Positions 16,823 to 26,703 of a stretch of DNA of 64,000 nucleotides are shown here, one piece after another; position 1 is the stretch's first letter; each line of letters begins with the position of its first letter. Source of the DNA: a virus; the IMG/VR virus record IMGVR_UViG_3300004369_000643, positions 1 through 64,000 of that record; one strand, written 5' to 3'. The notes below the pieces were generated by a model. It was not told the origin of the DNA and searched no databases. It worked only from the letters and a program-made list of their open reading frames with translations. The translations under genes were made by a program, and so were the position numbers.

Positions 16823-18709
16823 TCATGGTTTGGTGTTGAGTATGTTTTGGATTGCGGTTTGGGTGATGGCTGGTTGTGTTTTTTGGGTTTTGTTTTGTAG
16901 GGTGTTGTAGATGTGTTGGTCTATGGTGTTGGGGTTGATGAGGTTGTGTATTGTGGCGGGTTGTGTTTGTCCGATGCGGTGGATTCGGGCGCAGGTTTGG
17001 TGGTATTTGGCGGGTGTCCATGGGGCTTCGATGAAGAGCATGTTGTTTGATGCGGTTAGGGTGTGTCCGTGTGCTGCTGCGTCTATGGAGATGACGATGT
17101 TTTTGCAGTTTGTGTTATTCATGAATTCGTGTTTTGCGGTTTCGGTCTTTTGGGGGTTTTGGCCTCCGATGATCATTGGGGCGTTTAGTTCGTTGGCTAG
17201 GGTTTGTACTATGTGGCGGTGGTGGGCGGCGATGACTATTTTTTGTCCTGAGTTGTTGGCGTTTTCGATCCATTCTAGGGCGTGGGGGATTTTGGATTGG
17301 GCGGCGATTTTTCTGAGTTCTGTGAGTTGGATGAGGTTTTCGTAGTTTTGTGTTGCGTAGTGTGCTCGGATTCGGGCGGCTGTGGGGTTGGTGCCTTCGT
17401 TGATGGCGAGTTGTTCTTGTTGTTGTGTGTACCATTCTTGGAGGTCGTTGAGGGCGTGGTTGTACATTGTGCGGTGTTTTTTGTCCATTGTGGTGTGGAT
17501 GGTGTTGTATGTGATTGGTGGTAGGTCGGTGAGGACGTGTTGTTTTTCTCTGCGGATGTAGCAGTGGGTTTGTAGTTTGTTGAGTAGTTCTTTGTTGTTG
17601 GTTGATCCGTGTATTTGCCAGTGTCCCCAGTTGTCTCTGTAGGCTCCGCAGTAGCGTTTGTAGAAGTTCCAGCGGCCTCCGAAGTTGTCGATGTGTCCTA
17701 GGATTTCTAGTTGGGGTGCGTATTCGGCGGGCATGTTGGTGATGGGGGTGCCGGTGAGGAGTAGGATGTTGCCGGTGGTTGGGATGTTTTTTGCTATGTT
17801 TTTGGCGGCTTTTGTTCGTTGTGCGTCTGGGTTTTTGCAGTAGTGTGATTCGTCTAGGATGAGTGTGTTGTGGTGTTGGTTGTTGAGGTGTTGTTTTTGG
17901 GCGTGGATGTTGGGGTATCCGATGATGGTGTAGTCGGTTTCGGTCAGTTCGGGGGTTTTGCGGCCTTCGATGATTTGGATGGTGCGGTGGGGGAGTGCTT
18001 CTTGGATTTTTGTTTTCCAGTCTTCTGTGAGGCTGGTGGGGCAGATGATGAGGGCGGGGTATTGGTTTGTGTATTCTGTGGTGGCTAGGGCTTGGAGTGA
18101 TTTGCCTAGTCCCATTTCGTCTGCGATGAAGGTGCGTTGTTTTTCGGCGGCGTATGCTACGCCTGCTTTTTGGTAGGGGTAGAGTTGTAGTTGTAGGTTG
18201 GGGATGGTGATGTTTGCGTCGGTTGCTTGGGTGAGTTCTTGGGCGTGTTGTGCTTTTTTGGTTTCGATTTCTGCTTGTGTTTGGATGTGTTCGGGTATGG
18301 GGTGGTTGTATTTGTTTGCCCATTGGATGAGTTCGTGTACGTTGTTGTATGGTGTTTCCCAGTGGTTGTGGTGGGGGTTCCATTTGATGCCGGGGATGGC
18401 TTTGAGTTCGTGGATTTGTAGTGTGTCGTAGGGGACGCTGATTTTTAGGATGTCTTTTTCGAGTCTTATGGTGGTAGCCCCGATTGGGTGGTCGGGTAGT
18501 TGTAGGCGTATTAGTTCTTCGTCCACGTCGATGTTCCATGAGTTGGCGAAGGATATGGCTCGTTTTAGGGCTGGGAGGGGTATTGTCCAGTGTTTGTTGA
18601 GTTTGTCCCAGCGTGCGTGTGGGAATGATGTTTTGAGGGCTGTTATTTCGTCTTTGTTGTATGGTGTGTCTAGGACGAGTTGTGTGCCGTTTAGGTAGAG
18701 TCGTTTCAT
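16823..18709 (-). CDS. SNF2-family (SMARCAL1/HARP-like) helicase
   Basis: ADEMGLGKS, LDESH, LTGTP, Q-x-x-ARIHRIGQ; N-terminal HARP-like W repeats; start at MKRLY. Confidence 0.9.
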   Translation of the reverse strand: MKRLYLNGTQLVLDTPYNKDEITALKTSFPHARWDKLNKHWTIPLPALKRAISFANSWNIDVDEELIRLQLPDHPIGATTIRLEKDILKISVPYDTLQIHELKAIPGIKWNPHHNHWETPYNNVHELIQWANKYNHPIPEHIQTQAEIETKKAQHAQELTQATDANITIPNLQLQLYPYQKAGVAYAAEKQRTFIADEMGLGKSLQALATTEYTNQYPALIICPTSLTEDWKTKIQEALPHRTIQIIEGRKTPELTETDYTIIGYPNIHAQKQHLNNQHHNTLILDESHYCKNPDAQRTKAAKNIAKNIPTTGNILLLTGTPITNMPAEYAPQLEILGHIDNFGGRWNFYKRYCGAYRDNWGHWQIHGSTNNKELLNKLQTHCYIRREKQHVLTDLPPITYNTIHTTMDKKHRTMYNHALNDLQEWYTQQQEQLAINEGTNPTAARIRAHYATQNYENLIQLTELRKIAAQSKIPHALEWIENANNSGQKIVIAAHHRHIVQTLANELNAPMIIGGQNPQKTETAKHEFMNNTNCKNIVISIDAAAHGHTLTASNNMLFIEAPWTPAKYHQTCARIHRIGQTQPATIHNLINPNTIDQHIYNTLQNKTQKTQPAITQTAIQNILNTKP

Positions 18710-19587
18710 GTTCTGTTTTTGGGGTAGGGGTAGGTTTTGTTGTTTTGTTCGAATTGTTTTTTGAGTTGTTTGGTTTCTTTTTTGTTTTGTCCTAAGATGA
18801 GTGCGTATTTGTGTTTTGCGGGTACTTGTACGGGTGTTGCGTTTGCTTGTACGGTTTTGCTGTGTTGGCGTAGTTGTTGTTCGATGTGGTCGGGTATGTT
18901 GTTCCAGATGATGGTGCTGTCTCTGTTCCAGTTGGGTTGCCATTCGATGTTGAGTTCTTTAGCGTATTTTTTGTATGCTGATCTTGCTCGGAAGAAGCGG
19001 TCTGATACGACTTTGCCTGAGTAGGGGTTGATGTAGCGGGTTGTGCCGCCTGAGTTTTGGCCGAGGTAGTAGAAGTTGCAGGCTTGGTATACGGTGCCTA
19101 GTTCTTTTGCGAGGGGGTCTGAGTAGGCGGTGAATAGGCGGTATTGTGTGTTTTGTACCATCCATTTAATTGACCACATGATGAAGGCGCTTGCAAGGTT
19201 TTTGGGTGACCATGAGATGCAGGCTCCTCGTCCGATGAGGCGTTCTATTTCTTTTGTGTTGTCGCCTAGTAGTTTGCTGAAGGCGTTGGGCATACTGAAT
19301 AGGAGTACGCCTGCGAGTTGGTTGTTGTGGTATGCGCCGAACCAGTGTGTGGTGTAGAGGCTTGTTGTGCCTAACCATTCGTGGCGTTTGATGAATTCTG
19401 TTGCGTCTTTGTGTTCTTGTTCTGTGGTTAGGGGTGTGAATGTGAAGTCGTTGACTGTGAGTAGTTGTGCTTGTTGTAGGGTGATGCCTGCTTGTTGTAG
19501 GTCTTCGTCTAGGTTTTGTAGACGCATTTCGTATTGCCAACAGTGTTCTTTGTTGTATGCCCGTAGTTCGGGGATTGTGGGTGTCAT
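18706..19587 (-). CDS. Mom-like GNAT-fold DNA modification enzyme
   Basis: FIKRHEWLG, PKNLAS, AYSDP...GTVYQACNFYYLG motifs of the Mu Mom family. Confidence 0.7.
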   Translation of the reverse strand: MTPTIPELRAYNKEHCWQYEMRLQNLDEDLQQAGITLQQAQLLTVNDFTFTPLTTEQEHKDATEFIKRHEWLGTTSLYTTHWFGAYHNNQLAGVLLFSMPNAFSKLLGDNTKEIERLIGRGACISWSPKNLASAFIMWSIKWMVQNTQYRLFTAYSDPLAKELGTVYQACNFYYLGQNSGGTTRYINPYSGKVVSDRFFRARSAYKKYAKELNIEWQPNWNRDSTIIWNNIPDHIEQQLRQHSKTVQANATPVQVPAKHKYALILGQNKKETKQLKKQFEQNNKTYPYPKNRT

Positions 19588-19904
19588 AGCCTTACGTGGT
19601 AGCCTTCGTCTAGGAACAGGGGTGTGTTTTGTCCCATGTACGCATTGTAGATGTTGTATTCTGCGTATTCTTCGGCTTCTTCGCCTGTCATACCGTCTCG
19701 CTGTATGAGGATTTTGGTGATTTTTTGTTTACTATAGACTGCGAGCGCTACTCTGTTTACGTTACCGTCGTTGTCTTTTTGATAAACTTCGGTGTGCCCG
19801 ATGCAGGCTTCTTCTAATCCATCTGCGAATAGTGCTTCGGGGTTGACTTCGGTAAGGTAGTCTACCGTGTCTGTGTAAATGGGGATAAATCCGTATGCTT
19901 CCAT
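19584..19904 (-). CDS. conserved phage hypothetical protein
   Basis: ADGLEEACIG...EEAEEYAEYNI...AYMG-x-x-TP. Confidence 0.7.
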   Translation of the reverse strand: MEAYGFIPIYTDTVDYLTEVNPEALFADGLEEACIGHTEVYQKDNDGNVNRVALAVYSKQKITKILIQRDGMTGEEAEEYAEYNIYNAYMGQNTPLFLDEGYHVRL

Positions 19905-19943
19905 ACGTGCTATTTTATCACATACACCGATTGGTGGCAAATT

Positions 19944-20918
19944 TTAGTAGTTGCCGCCGCCGTCTGGTAGCAGAAGTAGTGGGTCTCCGTCGTCGTGGTT
20001 GATGCCGTATGAGGGGAGTTCTTCCCATAGTACTTTGTCGTAGGGGATTTCTGGGTGGTTTCTGCTGAGCCATGTGCGTGTGATTGTGCAGTTGGGGTAG
20101 TAGAATCCGCCGTCGTCTCCCCAGCGCTGGAAGAAGTGTTCGTTGGAGTTTGATCTGTTGGTGAGGAGGTCGTCTGCCATAATTTCGTATGGGACGTGTC
20201 CTCCTGCTTTTTCTACTTCTGATTCGGCTACGAGCCGGTTGCACCAGTGTGCTACGACTGCTGGCCGTTTTACACCACTTTGGGTGGGCTGGGCGGCTCT
20301 GTGTACTGACCGTCCGTGCCATACTTGTAGGTCGCCCCGTCGGGCGTGGAGTTGCACGATTGGGGCGTCGATTTCTTTCCGGTGGTCTTCAAATTCTTGG
20401 CTTGATACGTGCCCTCCGCCGTCTGGGGTGGGCTTTTGTGAAAACCGTTCACGATAGTTTAAATCCCATTTATGTGATCCGGGGATTGCTTCGATTGCAC
20501 CGTTTTCTTCGTTGCAGTCACCTAATGCTACCATTCCTCCAACGTAGTTTTGTGGCCCTACTTCGTGTGGGTGGTTTGCGTCAATGTGCCATCCGGTGTG
20601 TTGTACTGTCATACGTGTTTTGGTGACGTGGAGCGCTACGGCAATGTCGATTTCTTTGAAGAAGTCGTTTACACCTTTGTGGCAGAGCACTTCTTTCAGT
20701 TCGGGGACGTGCATGTACGCTTTGTCGTCTTCCCATCCTATGAAGTGTGGGTTTTCGGGTGTATCGAATTCGGCGTCCCAGCGGTTCCCGTATGAGTCTA
20801 GTGACTCTTCGGGAACTGCGTTGGGGATGATGGCAAAGCCATACTTTTCGTAGAATTCGGCTGTGTCTGTTCTTTCGCCGTTGTATTCGTAATTGTCAAT
20901 AACTGTGATTTCGCTCAT
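19944..20918 (-). CDS. PhyH-family 2OG-Fe(II) dioxygenase
   Basis: WHID, ENGAIEAIPGSH, GDLQVWHGRSVH. Confidence 0.85.
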   Translation of the reverse strand: MSEITVIDNYEYNGERTDTAEFYEKYGFAIIPNAVPEESLDSYGNRWDAEFDTPENPHFIGWEDDKAYMHVPELKEVLCHKGVNDFFKEIDIAVALHVTKTRMTVQHTGWHIDANHPHEVGPQNYVGGMVALGDCNEENGAIEAIPGSHKWDLNYRERFSQKPTPDGGGHVSSQEFEDHRKEIDAPIVQLHARRGDLQVWHGRSVHRAAQPTQSGVKRPAVVAHWCNRLVAESEVEKAGGHVPYEIMADDLLTNRSNSNEHFFQRWGDDGGFYYPNCTITRTWLSRNHPEIPYDKVLWEELPSYGINHDDGDPLLLLPDGGGNY

Positions 20919-21002
20919 GCCCCTATTTTACCACTTTTCTTTCTGCCATCATACAAACTCATCGTTTACCCTGATGAGTCGCTATGCTTTCATGTTGTTA
21001 TT

Positions 21003-21863
21003 TTACACTATTTTTTCTGCGGCGTCTAGGGTGTTGATGTGTGAGTACACTAGGCTGTCCATTGTTTGTGACATGGTGTAGCCTCCGGCGAGTACGTATG
21101 CGATGGGAATGTTGTATTGTTTTGCCCATTGGAATACGATGTTGTCTCGTTCGGCTAGTGTCTGGTGTGTGATTGTGGGGTAGGGGTCTGTTCCTGCATT
21201 ATACAAAATGACTCTTGTGTTGAGTTTAACTTTGTCTAATGTTTCGTTTACGGCGTCGATGTATTCGGTGTCTGATCGTGCGATTTTGATGTTGTGTGTT
21301 TCATCTTGGTCGTATTCGTCAAATCCGTTTGTTGAGATGTCGTATTGTTCTACTCTGTCATCTATGTTGAGGTGCCGTAACATGTTAACTGTTCCTCCTC
21401 CGCAGTGGGCGTCGAAGTCTAGAATGGTGACGTGGTGGTCGAATAGCCAGTTTGCTGTTACTGCTAGTCCGTTTACTGTGCAGAATCCTGAGCCGTGTTT
21501 GTGGTCGGCGTGGTGTAGCCCTGATGAGAGGCTTCCTGCTACAGTGTTGTGGTCTATTGCGTGTGCGGCGGCTGACATTACTCCTGCTGTGGAGTTGAGT
21601 ACCATCTGGTAGATTCCGTAATCCCATTTGAACCCGTTACTTTCGGCTAGGTATAGAGGGTCTCCCTTTTCTAGCGAGTCGAAGTATAGTCCGTCTAGCG
21701 CTGTTTTGATTTCAACGTAGGCGTCTTTGGTCATGTTTGTGGGATCGGTTACGTTTTCTTCACCGATTGTTTTTACGATTTCTTCGCTTTTTCGTGTTGT
21801 ATCAAAGGCGTGCTCTGCGCCAGTGTAATGTTTGTTCCAATAAATGGGGTGGGTGTATGTCAT
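21003..21863 (-). CDS. histone-deacetylase-family hydrolase
   Basis: GLHHA, GSGFC, LDFDAHCGGGT, YNAGTD, GGY. Confidence 0.9.
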   Translation of the reverse strand: MTYTHPIYWNKHYTGAEHAFDTTRKSEEIVKTIGEENVTDPTNMTKDAYVEIKTALDGLYFDSLEKGDPLYLAESNGFKWDYGIYQMVLNSTAGVMSAAAHAIDHNTVAGSLSSGLHHADHKHGSGFCTVNGLAVTANWLFDHHVTILDFDAHCGGGTVNMLRHLNIDDRVEQYDISTNGFDEYDQDETHNIKIARSDTEYIDAVNETLDKVKLNTRVILYNAGTDPYPTITHQTLAERDNIVFQWAKQYNIPIAYVLAGGYTMSQTMDSLVYSHINTLDAAEKIV

Positions 21864-21876
21864 TGTGCTCCTTTCT

Positions 21877-22557
21877 TCAGGGCGCAACTTTGTAGTTTTG
21901 TACAAAGTGTTGATATGTGACGGGCATGTGTGATGATAGGAAATGTTCGACTGCATATGCGTATTGACGGATTTCCCATTGTGCGGTTTCGTCTGCCCGT
22001 AGGTTAATAAAGTTCATTAACGCTCTTGCGTTTGTTGTTGCGTAGAACTCTGTGTATGTTGATACAGGGAGTACCATGCGTGCTACTTCTTTTGCTACTC
22101 CTTGTTCTAGAAGTTTTTGGTATGTTGTGAATGATTCGTCATATGACTTAACCATTACGTCTTTAGAGAACTGAGGGTTTTCTAAAGGTTCGAATGTGTA
22201 GGCTCCGGGTTTACCTACCTGACTGCGTATTTGCTGACTGTCAGGTAGGTAGGCTACGGCGGGTAGTTCACTGTAGCGCCCTGAGTATTCGTTGTATGAC
22301 CAACCTATACGGTGTCTGAACCATTCTCGCACCACAAAGATGGGTGCTTTGATGTGGAAACGAAAGAAGTTGTGTTCGAAAGGGGTTCCGTGCTTTTCTC
22401 TCATGAGGAAGCCGATTAGTCCTTTGTCTCGTTCTGTCATTTCTGTTTGTGTTGCTCCGAAACTAACTCTTGCAGCGTTCACTACTGACAGGTCGTCAGC
22501 ATTTACTGCGTCTAGTCGCACGAAGCCGTGGTCTAACACTGTAAGTTGGTTTGTCAT
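21877..22557 (-). CDS. thyX: flavin-dependent thymidylate synthase
   Basis: HGTPFEH, RHR-x7-SGRY, EVARMVLP, AQWEIR. Confidence 0.95.
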   Translation of the reverse strand: MTNQLTVLDHGFVRLDAVNADDLSVVNAARVSFGATQTEMTERDKGLIGFLMREKHGTPFEHNFFRFHIKAPIFVVREWFRHRIGWSYNEYSGRYSELPAVAYLPDSQQIRSQVGKPGAYTFEPLENPQFSKDVMVKSYDESFTTYQKLLEQGVAKEVARMVLPVSTYTEFYATTNARALMNFINLRADETAQWEIRQYAYAVEHFLSSHMPVTYQHFVQNYKVAP

Positions 22558-23150
22558 CAGACGTTTACTCCGAAGTTACGATTGTAGACATGGAAGTCTG
22601 TCTTCTTGCGGGGTGCCTTCAAGTATATAGGGCCGTCGTATGCGCCGTGCTCAATGATGTGCTCTTGCAATTCATGGGGCAGGTGTTGGGGTAGTAGTAC
22701 TCCTTCGTCATGCATGTCGGTGTCTACGTATGTGAGGTGAGCCTTGTGGCGGAAGTCGGTTCTTCCACCGAAGTCTTCAATCCAATAAACCTTTTGTCCC
22801 TTTTCTTGTAGTTCTTGAGCCAAGGGCAAGCAGGCATCGAACTTCCATCTAACTGATCGTTCGTTGGTTCCGTCAGTAATCACGGGGATGTCTTGAGGGA
22901 TTCCTAGAATGGGCGAGATGTGTTCGTTTGCGTTTTCTCTCCACGTGGTCAACCAGTATAGGTCGGTACTCATGTACAGCCCTTGTATCAGTGCCATCAT
23001 GTATTCGGGCACCCATACGGTGTAACCGTTGGCCTTGTAGGGAAGTGTTTCTGCATCAAAGTTAATGTCACCTCGTGTGTATAGGTGGTTGATGCTGTTG
23101 ATAACACCGTCTACGTCAAGAAAAACTGCGTATTCATTTGTTGCTTCCAT
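22557..23150 (-). CDS. HAD-family phosphatase (Swiss-army-knife RNA repair-like)
   Basis: FLDVDGV, WLTTW, K, WIED. Confidence 0.8.
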   Translation of the reverse strand: MEATNEYAVFLDVDGVINSINHLYTRGDINFDAETLPYKANGYTVWVPEYMMALIQGLYMSTDLYWLTTWRENANEHISPILGIPQDIPVITDGTNERSVRWKFDACLPLAQELQEKGQKVYWIEDFGGRTDFRHKAHLTYVDTDMHDEGVLLPQHLPHELQEHIIEHGAYDGPIYLKAPRKKTDFHVYNRNFGVNV

Positions 23151-23346
23151 ATTAATCTCCTTTTCTTATGGTTACCCAATTTTAACATGTTTTAACATAT
23201 TTGTCAAATTGGGGCTATAAATGCTGTGACCCCAGCCGTTTGGCCGGGGTCACGTCCTCCAAGGAAATACCCAAAGTGCTGTTTGTGTATTATGAGAGGA
23301 ATATCTATATTATACGTTACCGTTTGACATGTGTCAAATGTTACAT

Positions 23347-25149
23347 TTACCAGTTTATCACTTCGTCGTCAAACTCTTCGTTTTCTAACGCTTTGTTTAA
23401 CTCCTCATCGGTTCTTCCACTTTTTACCGTGGAGTTATATTGTGAGAACTCTACAACTTCAAAAGGCCATGTGTCTCCCCGTTTACAAAGAGCAGGCCAT
23501 TCTCTGGCTTCTCGCTGTCCACGATAGTGCTTGAACTCAATTAGTTCAGGGTCTGTGGGGTCAGGCGCTAGGGCGATACCGAACTCTGACCATCGTGACC
23601 ATACTGCTGAACCGAAAGGACGAAGGTCACGTTGACCTCCAGAACCTAAGGGAGCATGATGCTCAATCCATAGCGCACAGTTGTATGTATGTCTGAGGTA
23701 GTCTAAGAATCTTGCAATTTCGATAGATACCGATTCTGCTGTACGACCACCGGGATCAATGAACGCTTTGTAGAGAGGGCCGAAGAATAGGATGTCAGGC
23801 TGGATTGCCGCAACGTGTTCTTCTATCATTGCTCTGTCTGCAGGTAGCAGTAGGTTAACTCCGTCAGGTTTCATAAGTAGATGAGCGTCCATGCTTTCAT
23901 GCTTTTCGAACCATTTTATTTTGTCATAGATGCGCATTGATGTACGCCTAATAATTCGTTCAGGGTTTTCTAAGTCGATCATTAACGTTCGTGCAGGCTT
24001 CATTACATCTCGTCTAAAGGGATGGATGCCTGCGGCAGACATGAGCGCAACCTGTCGTGCAAGAGTGGTTTTACCTGCACCTTCGGCGGCAACAACAATA
24101 ACTCGTTCTTGTCGCTCTAACACATTGGGAATAACCCAGTCGTACGATAGGTCAACGTCTGTTTCTAAGAAGGGAGTCCACTCTACAAGGTTACCGTTGT
24201 CCTTATACTGTCTGTCTTTTTGTGAGATGAATGCATCTAGGCTTGATGCAACACGCCCCATTAGAACACCTGAAGCCAAGTCTTGATCTTTCAGTTCTGA
24301 CAGATCGTAGATAAGTTTGTCTAAGGGTGACTCTAATTCTTCTGTAGCCACATCTTCTTCGATGCTGGTATCAAAAGGAATTAAACTGTCGCTTAGTTCT
24401 TCACCAGCAGCAATTAGATCGGAAACGTCCTTATGCTTTCCGGGCTTGAATACTTTAACTTTACATCCGGCTTCGGTCAGCATCTTGTTTACTGATCGTG
24501 CATGGAGATACCCTGCTTCGTCGTTATCACTAATAATGATAACGTTGGCCTCTGCAAGTGCGTCGGTGTGATGGCTCATCCATTTGTTTTGACCTTCAGC
24601 ACCGGCACCACCGGGATTTGTAGTCGCAGTCTTACCTAGTTCCTCAAGGGAGTGTACGTCTTTCTCACCTTCAACAACATAGATGGGGCGACCCTCTTCT
24701 TTGGCCGCAAGAACCTGAGGAAGCCGATACAGGGGCTTCTCTAAGTCAGATGTTGACCAGTTCCACCCGCCGTTCTGGTCGGGCTGACGTTGGCGGAATG
24801 TTTTCTTACCACGCTCGTCTACGAACCTGAGAACTTCCATCACTAACTCACCCTCAGCATTGTAATAAGGGTAGGTATCTAATAAGTCTAACTTCTGCTT
24901 CTTGGGTGCTTTAGTTTCCTGAGGAAAAAGGTCTGACGTGGAGATATCAATAGATTCACAAATCTCGTTAAGGTCACAGCCTCCACCTCTAAGGCACTTC
25001 ATAAGCACTTGGCCTTGTCGCCCTACGGACACACGGAGTGAGGGGTTATCGTCGTCAACTCGGCAAGGGCATGTGGCATCCCACTGGTTGTCTCCAGACT
25101 TTCGTGTGTTTAGTCGTGCTAATACGTTATCAATGGGTTCCATGTCCAT
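23347..25149 (-). CDS. primase (TOPRIM)-helicase (AAA/RecA-like) fusion
   Basis: N-terminal Zn finger, VEGEKD, DND, GAGKT, RPFGS. Confidence 0.9.
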   Translation of the reverse strand: MDMEPIDNVLARLNTRKSGDNQWDATCPCRVDDDNPSLRVSVGRQGQVLMKCLRGGGCDLNEICESIDISTSDLFPQETKAPKKQKLDLLDTYPYYNAEGELVMEVLRFVDERGKKTFRQRQPDQNGGWNWSTSDLEKPLYRLPQVLAAKEEGRPIYVVEGEKDVHSLEELGKTATTNPGGAGAEGQNKWMSHHTDALAEANVIIISDNDEAGYLHARSVNKMLTEAGCKVKVFKPGKHKDVSDLIAAGEELSDSLIPFDTSIEEDVATEELESPLDKLIYDLSELKDQDLASGVLMGRVASSLDAFISQKDRQYKDNGNLVEWTPFLETDVDLSYDWVIPNVLERQERVIVVAAEGAGKTTLARQVALMSAAGIHPFRRDVMKPARTLMIDLENPERIIRRTSMRIYDKIKWFEKHESMDAHLLMKPDGVNLLLPADRAMIEEHVAAIQPDILFFGPLYKAFIDPGGRTAESVSIEIARFLDYLRHTYNCALWIEHHAPLGSGGQRDLRPFGSAVWSRWSEFGIALAPDPTDPELIEFKHYRGQREAREWPALCKRGDTWPFEVVEFSQYNSTVKSGRTDEELNKALENEEFDDEVINW

Positions 25150-25597
25150 ACCTTTCTAGTATCCATGCTTCTCGTGTCTTTTCGTACAAAGATATAAACA
25201 TAGCACGATCTGCGTTGGTTGTCAAGGCGGTAGCGTTTGTTCCCAATCGTTTGATGGTTTCTGATAAAACTGCATGGGGCTTGCTGTAATCGTACGTACC
25301 GCTATAAATTTTTTGTCCGATTGCTTGAAGTACAGTCCATGCTTCTTCAGGCTCGGGAGGGAGTTCTTCTCCGCTTACTTTTGCTAATACAATGGTGCGG
25401 AGTTCTCCGGGTCGGGGTAACCATTTCTTTCCTGAGATTCCCATCTCTTTGATGGTGTCTCTGACTGCCTCGTACTCTAGATCGTTAATGTATTCCCAGT
25501 AACCTTTCATTCTGATGGTTAGTGAGGCGTTGTCTAGTGACTGGTTCCATGTCACGCTGAGTAGTTCTACTACGTTTTTACATTCATTCTTGTCCAT
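25130..25597 (-). CDS. replicative helicase loader/inhibitor-like (G39P-like) protein
   Basis: W..., P-x-P-x-ELR, PEEAW pattern; adjacent to primase. Confidence 0.55.
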   Translation of the reverse strand: MDKNECKNVVELLSVTWNQSLDNASLTIRMKGYWEYINDLEYEAVRDTIKEMGISGKKWLPRPGELRTIVLAKVSGEELPPEPEEAWTVLQAIGQKIYSGTYDYSKPHAVLSETIKRLGTNATALTTNADRAMFISLYEKTREAWILERYGHGTH

Positions 25598-25688
25598 ACT
25601 TACAGACTACACTCCTTTTGCTCAAATGTCAATACCAAAGAAGAAGCCCCCCTTTCGGGGGGCGTTACTCCTTTCTGCTAGGTGGCTA

Positions 25689-26123
25689 TCAGAAATCCTC
25701 GAAAGGATCGCTGCTAGGAACTGTGGCCTTCTGGCGAGGCGCAGGGCGGTTTGAACCGCCACCTCCACCACCTGCACGGCGGCGCTCAAGGCTTTCAATT
25801 CCGATGGTATTGACAGCAACGGTGTCGGCAACAATTTCGACAGTGGAGCGCTTTTCGCCTTCGGCGTTCTCCCACGAGCGCTGTTCAAGTCTACCCTTAA
25901 TAACTACGGGGGTACCCTTTTCCAGCACGTTAGCGGCCATCTCTGCGATTCCTCGCCATGCCACTACGTTGAAGAAACTTGTCTCTTCCTGCCATTCGCC
26001 GTTGACCTGAAAGCGCTTGTTTGACGCAATTGAAAACGACAAACGTGCGTTGCCGTTGGCGGCAAACTTCAGTTCGGGGTCGGCGGTAACGTTACCGGTT
26101 ACTGTAATATCTGCATTGCTCAT
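25689..26123 (-). CDS. ssb: single-stranded DNA-binding protein
   Basis: ITVTGNVTADPEL, FFNVVAW, Gly linker, acidic tail. Confidence 0.95.
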   Translation of the reverse strand: MSNADITVTGNVTADPELKFAANGNARLSFSIASNKRFQVNGEWQEETSFFNVVAWRGIAEMAANVLEKGTPVVIKGRLEQRSWENAEGEKRSTVEIVADTVAVNTIGIESLERRRAGGGGGGSNRPAPRQKATVPSSDPFEDF

Positions 26124-26181
26124 TATCTTCTCCTATCATGTTTGCTATTTGCAGTTCCCTGTTTTCAGGGACATCTGTATA

Positions 26182-26595
26182 TTACTTTATGTTGTCAGCC
26201 GTGTCAATACCTGTTTCTGTTTCCTCATCATCGGTCGTGGAAAGCAGCGACTCTACCGCTTCTGCATAGGGGGTACCTTGCTTGTAGGATTCGTGTAATT
26301 TTTCCAGATGACTGATGCGCTCCGTAGGGTCGAAGATTGCTGCTAGCAGACGTTGTTGCGCAAATGACTCGGCGTTAGCCTGATATTCGTCTGTCACTTT
26401 TTCAACTTTTGCCCTAAGTTCGTCTAGCATGAACTGTAGTCCTGCCACACGTTTGAATAGTGAGTGAGTGTCGTAGGAGTATTCTTTTCTTGCTAAGTTT
26501 CGGATAGTTTTTTTGTGTGACATGATGGCAAACTCTAAGTCTTCAAATGCTTCTAGCATTGCTTCATGTGCTTTTGTTTGTGTTTTGTAATTCAT
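26182..26595 (-). CDS. hypothetical coiled-coil protein
   Basis: ORF track. Confidence 0.6.
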   Translation of the reverse strand: MNYKTQTKAHEAMLEAFEDLEFAIMSHKKTIRNLARKEYSYDTHSLFKRVAGLQFMLDELRAKVEKVTDEYQANAESFAQQRLLAAIFDPTERISHLEKLHESYKQGTPYAEAVESLLSTTDDEETETGIDTADNIK

Positions 26596-26650
26596 AATTT
26601 TTCCAATCTGTTAGTGTTGTTTACTGTTGTTAATGTTTGTGTTTAAGTAG

Positions 26651-26665
26651 TTACGGGGGTTCCAT
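26651..26665 (-). CDS. minigene MEPP*
   Basis: AAAGGAG-aagat-ATG GAA CCC CCG TAA. Confidence 0.4.
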   Translation of the reverse strand: MEPP

Positions 26666-26703
26666 ATCTTCTCCTTTGTTGTCCTGATCAGGCCCATCTC
26701 TCG

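Noticed and set aside
17115-18539. 474 aa alternative-frame ORF and other shadow ORFs at 16.8-20 kb
   Set aside because: Explained by T/G depletion of the coding strand (few stop codons); low complexity and overlaps the SNF2 gene.
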